From assembly GCA_030141605.1 (NCBI GenBank), contig JAQGDQ010000272.1:186001-250000 (forward strand): a DNA stretch of 64,000 nucleotides. The letters run 5' to 3'. This stretch comes from Tubiluchus corallicola (lineage: Eukaryota; Animalia; Priapulida). Shown here one piece after another: positions 23,722-35,900 of the stretch; position 1 is the stretch's first letter, and each line of letters starts with the position of its first letter. The translations under genes and the position numbers were made by a program. A model generated the notes under the pieces. The model was not told where the DNA came from. It ran no database searches and saw only the letters and a list, made by a program, of their open reading frames with translations.

Positions 23722-26239
23722 ATGCCCAGGGCTTTTTTGGTGAAGAAGAAAAAGAAGACAGCTGAAGACGATGACGCTGATGAAGACAGCGATGGTGACA
23801 ATGATAGCGTACCTTCCAGCCTGAAACATTCTTTGCAGATTCCACCAAATGAACTTACAAGCCGACGTACTGAAACCTCTCAAGTCAGAGTTAAGTTGGA
23901 GAGCATTAGCATCAAAGTTGATAAAAACGGTGAGCTAATTACTATTGCTGGTAATGTCAGGATAAATTTGTCAATTGAATATTTCCACTTAGCTCATAAT
24001 TAAGAGACACGTTTCAGCGCAAACAATATATACAACTAGGTGAACTAAAATCTACGTGGAATTAACTTGAACACAATAATTGTTGCTTTAGTTGATTTTG
24101 AAAAGTCCAACTGGCTTTGTTTGGTCACCAACTTATCACAATTTTAATCCTTTCCTTTAGTACGTCGTCTAAGAAGCCAGCAAACGTCTTTTCATACCTT
24201 GCAGTAGGATTAGACCTAATACTCGCTTTCTCCTGGGTTTACCCAGCCTCCTTGAAGGCAAAACCTTTTTACTAAATCAATTTAAAAAACAAAATCTTAC
24301 AAACTTCTAATCCGACATTAATCAAGGCCGCACCATTTTTCTCTTCATACCCGCAACATTATTATAGTGTTAACAATAATATAGCCCCCTAGCTCCTGTT
24401 TGTAGAAAATCGATACTGGATTGAAAGACTGTTGACAATGTATGACAAGACTTATTGTCAGCCACTTTTCACAACTGAATTTAATATAAACATATAAACA
24501 GGTATGGCAGAGACACATTTTGGTCTTGTGATAATAAGGTAATGGATCCTAACTTATAAACCTTTTTACTCACGATATAAGTTCACTTACAAAACAAAAA
24601 CTACTGTTTTAATAGCAGTACTGAGTCACCATTGGCTTCAATTGTTTATGCCTCCTTTTACGTCAATTTAATTTCAACAAATTAAATGATGTGTAACCGC
24701 TAAAATTAATAATTTTACAAAGGCGCATACTACTATAATTATTCAATTATAGCGTTAATACAGCGTGGAACATTAACATACTATCAAATGAAGCCATGAT
24801 TATGGACCTCAACTGCGCATGCTCAGTAATGTGCTACTTGTTGCTTGATTACACAAGCTGCTACTGGATCGATGCTGTGCTACTTGTTGCTTTACAGTTG
24901 TTTAGGGACCGTGTGCTGCAGTGTATTGAGAAAGTTGAATTCCTAGCAATCAGGGAAAGTGTCCTAGGTTTCTCGTAACGCTGTGCATTTTTATTGAAAT
25001 TTAACATTGAGGTTAAATTCACACAGAGCAGAAAAATATTCCGCACGACTCGTTAGTTATCACGGCTAGCCATTATCGTATACCGCATGTTAACAGATTC
25101 TGCGGCTTTGATATTTATCGTGTATATGTAAAAAACATTCTAAGATAGGACTATTTTTGGAATAACTTGGAAGTGCTGTTGCGGGGTTTTATCTAAAAGT
25201 TTGGCAAACAAATGCGCGCTTTGGTACAAAATGCTATTTGTAACACTTGTCTGGCTTTCATTTTGTTACCTTTTATATGAAAGTCGCCTTGAACAAGGCT
25301 ATTGACGATTAGGAATACGATAGAATAAAATAGAAATAATTTTCTGGTAAAGAATTCCACAGACAAGAGACCCGAGGAAAAAACTATATAAGTACCACAG
25401 GAGGTAGAAGAAAGCAACGTAAAAACTTCTTGGTGCCACAGGAAAACTGCATTGACGCCATCATACACTAGCTTATTACAGTGAGAAAACAAGACTAGGG
25501 ATTACCTAACTCATTACTTTCAATGTTTTTGGTAGGTTATATTAAACAAGCAATTAGGATTCCAAGCGTTCCACCACTCGGATCACTGGGTTTTGGTTCA
25601 TTACGTCCTACGCCGCCTGTAAAATCGTCAACAATAAGCTCTAGAGGCAACAAGAATGTCCGCAACACCAGCGACACCAAAAAAGACTTCTGTCCACTTG
25701 AAGAAACAGACAAAACCTCTGTGTCTAGTGAAGCCAATAAGAACTCAGAAGACAAGATTCTGGCAGACGGAAGGAGTAAAAAGACACTCGGCGCAGTGAC
25801 GTCATCTAGATACGTGTGTACCGAGTGCGGTAACCACTACGCCACCTCGTCTAACCTCTCACGCCACCGTCAGACGCACCGTAGCATCGAGGGCGACCTC
25901 GCCAAGCGATGTCCACATTGTAGCAAGACCTATGTGAGCATGCCAGCGCTGTCTATGCACATGCTCACACACAAACTGAACTTTGAATGTGAGCTGTGTG
26001 GTAAACAATTCAGCAGATCTTGGCTTTTGCAAGGTCACATGAGGTCACACACGGGAGAGAGGCCGTTCACATGCTCGCAGTGCGGGAAATCATTCGCTGA
26101 TCGGTCAAACCTGCGCGCGCACAGGCAGACGCATTCGAATTTGAAGAAATTCCAGTGTCCTCGTTGTAACAAGTGTTTCGCGTTGAAGTCCTACTTAACA
26201 AAACATTATGAGACGTCGTGCGGTGAAAGACGACCATAG
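23722..26239 (+). CDS. scrt: Scratch transcriptional repressor (Snail superfamily); exons 23722-23929 and 25536-26239
   Basis: SNAG domain MPRAFLVKK. Phase-1 intron AACG|gtgagc ... ctaac ... gtag|GT gives DKNGYI. Five zinc fingers with scratch-diagnostic YATSSNLSRH, YVSMPALSMH, FADRSNLRAH and FALKSYLTKH. Confidence 0.95.
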
Positions 26240-26744
26240 CTAATAATGAAATTTGAAATTTATATGCAATTTGAAAACTTAGCATGAAATACTAGATTTA
26301 AACTCAGGTAACATAGGCAAGGTTCAATTATATAAATTAAACTCTAGGCCTTGGTATAGAACGTTTTCCGGAATGCTTTTCAATAGATATAATCATCTGA
26401 AACTGTGCCAATAGAAAATCAATTTCTGTGAAATTATAAACATGTGCTAAGTACAGATGTATAATTAATATATAAATATGATGTATATATAATATAGTTA
26501 ACTATATATCTGTAAATAGAAATTTAGATAAAACGTGGTAAAGTAAAAAAAACAAAAGTAAAGTCTGTGCATCAATTTAATGGTGATTGAACATAATTAT
26601 ATAAAGCTAAACATTTAGTAAGTTCTAATCTCGATTAAAATAGTCATAATTACTTATGGACTAATTTTTGCAATAGCAAGTGAATTAACATATAACTCTG
26701 CACATCGAGGGAAATTGCATATATATATACATATATATATATAT

Positions 26745-27350
26745 ATAATTCACCCACACTTACAGGATATTTCACCGGCACTCACAGTATAATTCACCCA
26801 CACTCACAGTATAATTCAAACGCACTCACAGTATAATTCGGCCACACTTACAGTCTATTTCACCCACACTTACAGTATAATTCACCTGCACTTACAGCCT
26901 ATTTCACCCGCACTCACAGTGTAATTCACTCACACTTACAGTCTATTTCACCCGCACTCACAGTATAATTCACCCACACTTATAGTCTATTTCACCCGCA
27001 CTCACACTTAGTCTATTTCACACGCACTCACAGTGTAATTCACTCACACTTACAGTCTATTTCACCCACACTCACAGAATAATTCACCCACACTTAGTCT
27101 ATTTCACCCGCACTCACCGTATAATTCACCCACACTTAGTCTATTTCACCCGCACTCACAGTGTAATTCACCCACACTTACAGTCTATTTCACCCACACT
27201 CACAGTATAATTCACCCACACTTAGTCTATTTCACCCGCACTCACAGTATAATTCACCCACACTTAGTCTATTTCACCCGCACTCACAGTATAATTCACC
27301 CACACTTATAGTCTATTTCACTCGCACTCACAGTACAATTCGCCCACACC
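26745..27350. repeat. Minisatellite of two alternating ~22 bp units
   Basis: cacagtataattcacccacact alternating with tacagtctatttcacccgcact over ~600 bp. Confidence 0.95.
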
Positions 27351-28337
27351 ATTAAAATAACTGAAAATGTTATAATTAAGCAAACTATAATTAAGGAACT
27401 ACTTTCTTCGTGTTTGAAAACTACGACTTTTAATCACAACTTTTGATTGGCTTTTCAAACGCTTTTGATTGGTACCCAATTTTGGATACCATGGACATTA
27501 GCATGCTGATTTTCCACGTATAGTATTAACGTGGTATATACTAATGTAATGTGCGATGAAATTTCAGCAAATTGTGGCGAAGACCGCTCTGTATTTCATT
27601 TTCTTAGCTCATTTTATATACCTGACAAGCACTGGATTTCTGGCTTACGCTTGTAGTGAACTAGATATACAACTACCAGCTGCAACAAATACGGCTGCAA
27701 TAAAAATCACCTGTGCTTAATATATCATGGAGATGATGTTTCATGATTCCGTACACATTTGGATAACCAGTGCTTACCTGAACGTACTAGGTTCATCCTG
27801 CAATGAATCTCATTCTCAGATGACACTAATTTCATTAACGTAACAAAATTCATTAATATTTATCCGACTGCATTTTAGCCGAGGGCTTTTGCGGTTACGT
27901 GAAACGCACAGTGTTCATTGCATTTACTAAATAATTTTGAAGCATCAATACTTGATTTACAAAAAAAGCAGCTGACAAACATGTATAAAAAAATAATCTC
28001 CTGCAATAGCTTTTTTGCAATGTTTACTCCAAACAGAAATCAAAAAGCCTCACAAAACAAAGTAGTTATAAAATACAGTAATATATTAATTTTAATGTGA
28101 TTATTCTAAAGTCATAAATACTATAATATTTGGAATGTAATAATCATCTAAAATACACATAATTCTGCTTAATATTAATGCCTGACATAATCTAACATCT
28201 GACACAATGAACAACACACTGTAAAGAAAATAATGAAAATTCATAAATAAAAGACCATTTATATAATACGCCTTTATATTACCATACAAAGGTATCATGG
28301 CAGGACACGCCAGAAGAAAATAACTGATATGTAGAGT

Positions 28338-28545
28338 ATTTATAGTTAAAACACCACAACTTTATTAAAACTTTTAATTTACGTATAAACTGGTTGCATG
28401 TTTGTAAAAATTTACCACTGATGATGACAGCTGTAGCTCTGTCGAAATGTTTGACACGATTTTTTAACCTTGTAAATTAGAAATTTTATTAACATTGTGG
28501 TGCTTTAACTATAAACGTTTTTAAGTGCCTGTAATAAAAAATTGA
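28338..28545. mobile_element. Palindromic dispersed repeat with hammerhead-like core (possibly Penelope-derived)
   Basis: Arms tttatagttaaaacaccacaactttattaaaa / ttttattaacattgtggtgctttaactataaa; centre CTGATGA-T-GACAG..CTGTC-GAAA. Related copies at 43247-43367 and 54335-54460. Confidence 0.55.
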
Positions 28546-30342
28546 TATAGAAGAGATACAGAAAAGGGATCACCATCTTTTCACAAAATAATGTTTTTGA
28601 CATCTCACAGGTTACCATAAATAAAATATAGTATAATAATACAGAATTTAACGTGACTTCTTGGCATAAAATAAGTTACTAAAGCAAGGAATAAATATTA
28701 ACTTAAAAGCACATTTCATTTTGTTAGGTGAATAATTATTTTAGTAGATATCTTGGCGCATTGAACAGTTGTTAATCACTTGTTATGCAAAAGGTGGCGA
28801 CACCTATCTACAAAAAACGAAAGCATTATAAGCTGATGTTCCTTTGTATGTAGTTTCAGATAAACAGTGCACAAAAAAAACATCACAAAGATGGGAAAGC
28901 GGGTATAACATGATCAGAACAAATTGACTTTTTGATACAATCTTTAGAAAGTACAGGAGTTAGTACAAACTTATGAAAGCAATAGTATTAACACTAGAAT
29001 TACCACATTTTCTATATGGCTGTGCACTCTTCCAAAAAAACAAAAGACAAATAAATATGTTAAAAAAACTTTGCACTAAAATTAATATTAGGTTTGTCAC
29101 ACAAATCATCAATACAAGCCAAACGTAAGAATGCATATTCTGTAACTAACTTAAGAAACGAACTAAAAATACCAATCATAGAAGCCCATAAAAATGATCA
29201 AACATTAGTATTCATTTTTAAATATAAGTATTCCATTCAAAAGTAACAAATTAGCACTCAAAAATCCCGAATTAAATGCCAGAACATTTAATTTGGAACA
29301 AACTAGAACAAACAATCACTTTGGAAACAAGTCAATAGCAAAAAACGCCGCCAAATCAAACGTATTAAATCATTAAAGGCATTCAAAACCAAAACAAAAG
29401 CATTAGTGATGTCAAGATTTGAATACACAACTTACCAATACGACAACTTACACGCTAATGCAGAAGTCATTTACATCAAGCCACATTAAACGACTTAATT
29501 TTACTGATAGTCAGTTTGTAAATACGTAAAGTTATATATATATATAGGTTTAGTTATATTTTATTTTTTACACCTGCAGTTTAGTTTTTGCAGTGACACA
29601 TTTGCCTCCAACACTGTATGTTTTTTTAATTATCACTGATTGAGCATCTTAATATTTTGTTAAGATTCTCAATATATTATGGCAACCAAACATGTTAGTA
29701 TACTATACTACAATAAACTTGTCACACTCTTTCTATTAACTAATGTGTATACATAAATTCCGACGTTTTTAATAACAATTTCTCGATTTAATCTGACAAT
29801 TCTAATTGATAACTGAGATTGGGTTCTATCTTGTCCATCATCTACAATAGGCACAGATTTTGACCCACAATTTAGTTCTTAAGAAAAAACACATAAACAA
29901 GAACACAGCACTTTGATTTGAATGGAAAAGGTCTTGGTCCCAATTTTGAACTGTAAACAAAGGAGACTCGGATTGGATCGAATGAGAATACGTAAAGGTT
30001 TATGCTTCTGGCAAAAAATAATTAACTGTCTTAAACAATTAAAACATTAAAATGATCACGGCTCATATGAAAATTACACACCTTTAAAAATTATTATACA
30101 CAAAATTTTAAGTGTGCATTTCTCTTCATTTCTTAAAATTGCACATTAAAGAACAACTAACACATAAAATACCATAATAGAATTAAAATTTCCGGGAAGC
30201 CTACATCTGTTAACCATCTCATTATCACAGTCTAGTTAGGTTCTTAATTCCCAAAGAACTGAACAAGACTATGTAATCACTACTCAAGTCCATGAAGTAA
30301 GTGTCGTTAGCATTCACAAATGTTTTATAATTCAGCTTTACT

Positions 30343-30736
30343 CAGGACTGGTTCTACCATTAGGCAAACTAGGCAGTTGCCTAGGGTGCCAAATTTTGGG
30401 GGGCACCAAGTTCTAGAAGTAATTCTTTAATTTTGAAATTTAGCCTATGTAATAACATGTTGTAGGTGCAACTCTTTAAGTGTACAACACTAAATAAATG
30501 AAACAAACTAGTTTTTTTTATTTTCTTGTACATAGGTAATTGACTACATTTAATTTGTACACTATAGTACGTGTATAATTCTAACACACCGGTACCATTC
30601 TAATTTATTACAATATTATACAAGATTCAATACTGGAAGTGGGGTGTGGACCGTGGAGGAAGCGGTTGACAATTGAGGAGCCGCCGCTAAGAATACTTTT
30701 GCCTAGGATGTCAAACTACCTACAGCTCCGGTCCTG
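30343..30736. mobile_element. hAT-type MITE
   Basis: CAGGACTGG...CCGGTCCTG termini; 8 bp TSD gctttact/tctttact. A related end begins at 55238. Confidence 0.8.
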
Positions 30737-32994
30737 TCTTTACTATTGCAACTAATGTTCATCACAGATAAAAACAGGCCAACAGTGCATGACTAGTGTA
30801 GGCTATGCAATGAACACAAGCAAGTTTTGATTATTTCTGACAACAACAATAACAACTCCGGAAGCTCAAGCACAAAGTTTTCCTGGTAAATGTAACTTTG
30901 TCAATGATTACCATTAACAAGGGTAAATGTGTAGTATATGTGCGTAGTATGTAAAGATTTATGGCTAGACAATCAGATAATTACCTGTACTAAAACAACA
31001 ATGTATGCATCCATGAAAGATTGAATTGTCAATCTTAAAATCAATAAATGAGTGAATTAACCAATAAAATAATCAATCACTCAACCAGTTAACAAATAAA
31101 TCAATGACTCAGCAAGTCAATCAATCAGCAAGTGAGCAATTCAAGTAAATAAGTGAATGAATAGAAACATTAATGAAATACACAAATGAAAATGAGAGAA
31201 TGAAATAATACATCAATGATCTCACATGAAAAACTATGCAATTCATAATAACAGATTTTGGAAAGGTCTGAAAAATTATCACAGCAAAAAAATTCCAAAC
31301 ACAACACCTGTCAATGCAACTGTTTAGTCAAATACAACAGACCATCACTTCACAGAGCACTAACACTGTAGAAGCGCTACTCATAGTAACATCAGTAGTG
31401 CCCACAACAGAGAAACAATTTTAAAAGCCAGGACACCTGATGATATGTACCGTGCAGAAATAAAACTATACTTGACTTCCTTGCCCAAAAGTAATGACAG
31501 GAAAAACTTTAATTATACCCCCTTGAGCAGCATTACAATCACTGATTTAAACAGCAAAGTTTTTGATGAACATCCCTTAGCCATAACTAATGAGGCCCAA
31601 ATTATGCAAATTTAACACAAACAAATTAAGTCAAAAATAAATAATCAGACTATTTTCCATGCTATCCTAAACACGATTTTCAACACAAAATGAGAAGCAG
31701 CATCTTGAATGACATCATAAACATGCACACCTACGAGTTCAAATTCAAGAAGAAATGTTCAGGGTTGTAAACGAACTTAGTGACAAACTTGAAACTGAAG
31801 TAAGTTTCTGTCCCAATTCCACCTGTTAACTTTGCTAATGTTTACATTTTTGACATGTTTGTGCTCTCTTTCTTTGGTCAGGTGAAATCATTAGTTTTTA
31901 GGAATGTTAAAGGAGCCAGTTATTTTAGGTCATTCACCATGGATTATTCAGTACATAAAGGACAGAAAATAATGCAGTGAACGTGAACTGAACTAAGTTC
32001 CTTTTGGTGTTAATGAACTTGAAACTGGAACTAGTTACTTTTCTGAAAGGTTAGACAAACTGGGAACTTAAGGATTAGTTGCACTGTTTCCGTTACTAGT
32101 GCGTTTTTAGAACAGAATAATGCCATATGTAATGTTCTATGGCATCAAGTAAAATTGTTGTTGATAAAATAAAAATTGGCTTTGAGCAAAGTAAAAAAAT
32201 CGTCGTTAAAATGAAATGGTGTGAGTTGTTAAGTTAAAAAGGGTGTCAAATGTTCAGTGTCGTTAAAACGGGGAGTCGTTAAACGAGGACTTACTGTATT
32301 TTGTTTTCAAAAACACAAACTTGCACCACATTCCTGCAAGCACTCAAGTGAGACAAAGCTATCGATGAGACTCCTGCTTAACTGCTCACATAAGACACAG
32401 GAGCAAAAACACATCGTTACAGATTACACACATTACTCTAATACTCGTTAGGTGTTGAACAGCCTATCTAGTTGTTCACTTGAAGAGCAGACTGCATAAT
32501 TGCGATGCACATGGTGACTGGCTGAAACATACATTCCTCTGGACTGAAAATTTCAGCAAAAAATGGTCACTTACCGGGTTGTTTAATATGTCAATAACTT
32601 GCCTAACACGCTTCAGATCATCATATCGATAGCTGGTAAGATACAGCACAGTATTAAGAATGCTCTGATATCAATAACTCAATTTTCCCCAAAAAAATGG
32701 ACTGGCTAGGTATTTCGTGAAAATAGAAGCTTTGCTTTGCAAATTAACACCATAGTCACAAAACCTGCCAGGACCTCTAGGACCCCACCAGGCATCTGTA
32801 ATCCAGGACTTGTTATCCAAATCCAGACTGTCCTGATTTCACATTTCATAACTGTCTGTTCATTCCATCATTAGCTAATAAGCAACTTATGCACCCGCAG
32901 CATCCCATAACTTTCTGAATCCTGTCATCGTCACATCACTAACAGTTCCATCCACAAAGTTCTGCACATCAGACGAAGTTGTGCATTTCAACAT

Positions 32995-35900
32995 CTAAAA
33001 AACGGGAATCTTGTCACGTGATGTTTGAACGAGATCATCGTCCAAAGTTAAGAGAATCTGCAAAAAGAAATAAAACTGCTCACTATAGCCCTCATAACAC
33101 GTAATAAAAAACAGTAGAATAAGCAGCTGAAGTGTTTCATGATATGTATGTAGAATAACACGGCTGATAACGAATGTAGAAGGCACAGTAAGCTGGAAAA
33201 AGTGAATACTAAATTTTTAGCTTTAGCTTTAAAGCTTTAGCTATTCAGCTTTAAAGACTTGTTTACAAGTGATCTTTTTTTGCAGTGTATCATTCCAAGA
33301 GAACAATGTACAATGAAGGTTGCGAATTATGCCTTGTCTAACGTAATTGATTTCCAACTGAACATATATGTAAAAACTAAGAGCATGGATCAAATACTGG
33401 AGCTATCTATAGACTAAATGATGACAATTTGTTTTCAATGTTAACAATAATAATAATTTACTTCATTGTTTAGTAAACAACTTTGCTCAATAAATACTGG
33501 CTGAGTAAGAAAAGTGGGAAAAGCAGGTGTCGTCTTCCAATTGCTGGTCACTAAAACATGTACTAGCACAGCTAACTAACTGTCCGGTGTTTCATGGTTT
33601 TATGGGTTGAAAAATGGACCTTTAAACAAAACCGATGCACTCCTGCAATGAGCCATTATTACTCGTGTAATTCACAGGGTAAAGGCTAGAGTCACTAACT
33701 CGTACTAAATGCACTCGAGTAGATGTTTCTTAGAACTCAGACTCGTAGTCAAGAAATAAGGGTCTTACTAAGAAGCCATAGAACAATGACACTACTGAAG
33801 GCATCTTGTGCATAAAGCTGAATAGTGGTTTACACTGCATGATTAAACTTAGTATATGATGGAATAAAACTTATGAAATGATGTCTCAGTTTGTGATGGA
33901 TTTGAAATCGGGCTTCAAGATCCCTGGACTTTTTCACCCTCAGTTTGTAATTTTTGCACCTGGAAAATTATTGCATCAGAACTTCCTTGCAATATTCACA
34001 ATCTATGTTTTTCAGTATTTGCCAAATGATGCACGTGCTGCTATGATAGCTGGGCAACCTTATACAAAGATAATTTATCACAAATTAATAACAACCACAG
34101 TGATACGTACCATGAATGAGAAGAACATGCTTATGGAGGACAAAAAGTGCCACACATCGTGGTCATCATAAAAATTTAGCAGTATGCATTCCCTGTTTCC
34201 TTCTCTTGATTTAGCAGGGCTCACCTAAAAAGTAAAAATAACAAATGTACAATAGATAAAAAGTACACAATTGTTTTCATGTATGTATTCTAGTACTTTT
34301 TCCACAAAACGTGTGAATTTCCATGTAAATTTCCATCAAACAAATTCGTTCCTAAGGACATTTTTTTACAAAAAAGTAAATAAAATCATCTGAACTTTAT
34401 CCAATTTTTCCTTGGCAACTGGCAGAATCGAAAAACAGCGTGAATAGGGACACAAAGGGGTGAATAGGGACACAACGTAAGAAAAAGAATAATTGTCCCA
34501 AGTCACCCCATTTTACGGTAATTCTTCTGCATGGTCAGCACCTCAAGCAAACCATAGAAAGCAGAAGTTACGTGATATGCTTAGCAGTACTTTGTTGCCC
34601 AAAATAATAATACCTTCCTGATGCCAGCATTTCCATTTCTGACATCAAATCTTTGCCTAATTTTCTATAACTGTACCATAGGTTCATTCCCGTTCTCAAT
34701 TCCAAATTCTACCTTCTACGTTCATGATACACATTTTATTAATTTCTCTTTTAACTTCGCAATGTCTTGACTTAAGAAGAGGAATAAAATGCATTTCACT
34801 GAAAAATTGTTGATGTACTGCCTTTAGAGCAAAATTCCAGAAATTAAGATTTTAAATAACTATAGCTTCATTCATTGTTATATCACGTAATTGTTATCAT
34901 TGTTATATCCACATCATTACTCATATTATATCACATATTTTTCTCATTGTTATAGCACATATCGTTATCATTGTTAGGTCACATATCGTTATCATTGTTA
35001 GGTCACATATCGTTGTCATTGTTAGGTTACATATCGTTATCACTGTTATCACATATCGTTATCATTGTCACATCCACATCGTTACTATTATTATATCACA
35101 TATCATTTTCATTTTTATATCATATATCGTTATCATTGTTAAGTCACATATCGTCATCATTGTTAGGTTACATAGCGTTATCACTGTTATCACATATCGT
35201 TATCATTGTTAAAATACATCATTATAATTGTTATATCACATATTGTTATTGTTGTTATCACATATCGTTATCGTTGTTATCACATATCGTTATCATTGTT
35301 AGGTCACATATCGCTATCATTGTTATCATACAGCATTATTATTGTTATCACATATCGTTATCATTGTTATATCACATATCGCTATTATTGTTATATCACA
35401 TATCGTTATTATTGTTATCACTTATCGTTGTCATTATCACATATCGTTATCTCTCTTTTCTCCCTTCTCTCTCTTCTTTTCACTGTCACTACTAGCGCTT
35501 TCATCCTCCTCTTTTTTTAATAACTAATCTCTGTTTCACTGTCAGTCTCTCTTACAAGCTTAGGCTTTGGGGCCTCTGCATGATTATTATTATGACTAAT
35601 GGGATAAGCTGCAGTATTCTTTTCTCCATCCAATATTCTATTGTTTATTATTGATGTTTGTCTGGTTATTGTTGACATAACATTGTAAAACTATTTTGTT
35701 GTTGTATTTTACAATATTTCACTGTAAGTTTTGAATTACCTTGTTAGTAAATACACTCATATCTCGGTTTGCCAGACAAAAGTGGGGAGACGTCAGTCCG
35801 ACTTTGTCGATTATCTGTATTTTCCGATACTAAGCTAATACTGTAGGCGCCATGTTTACATGGGTAATGTAAACTCTATTGCCTAATTATCTTAAAAACG

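Noticed and set aside
25523-25535. ATG as the start of a single-exon zinc-finger gene
   Set aside because: It lies in the intron acceptor region; the SNAG exon splices in phase at 25536.
26745-27350. CRISPR-like periodicity (also 61207-61405 and 63735-64000)
   Set aside because: No unique spacers, no cas genes, eukaryotic context; these are tandem repeats.
34971-35527. Hydrophobic repetitive ORFs
   Set aside because: Products of an intronic minisatellite.
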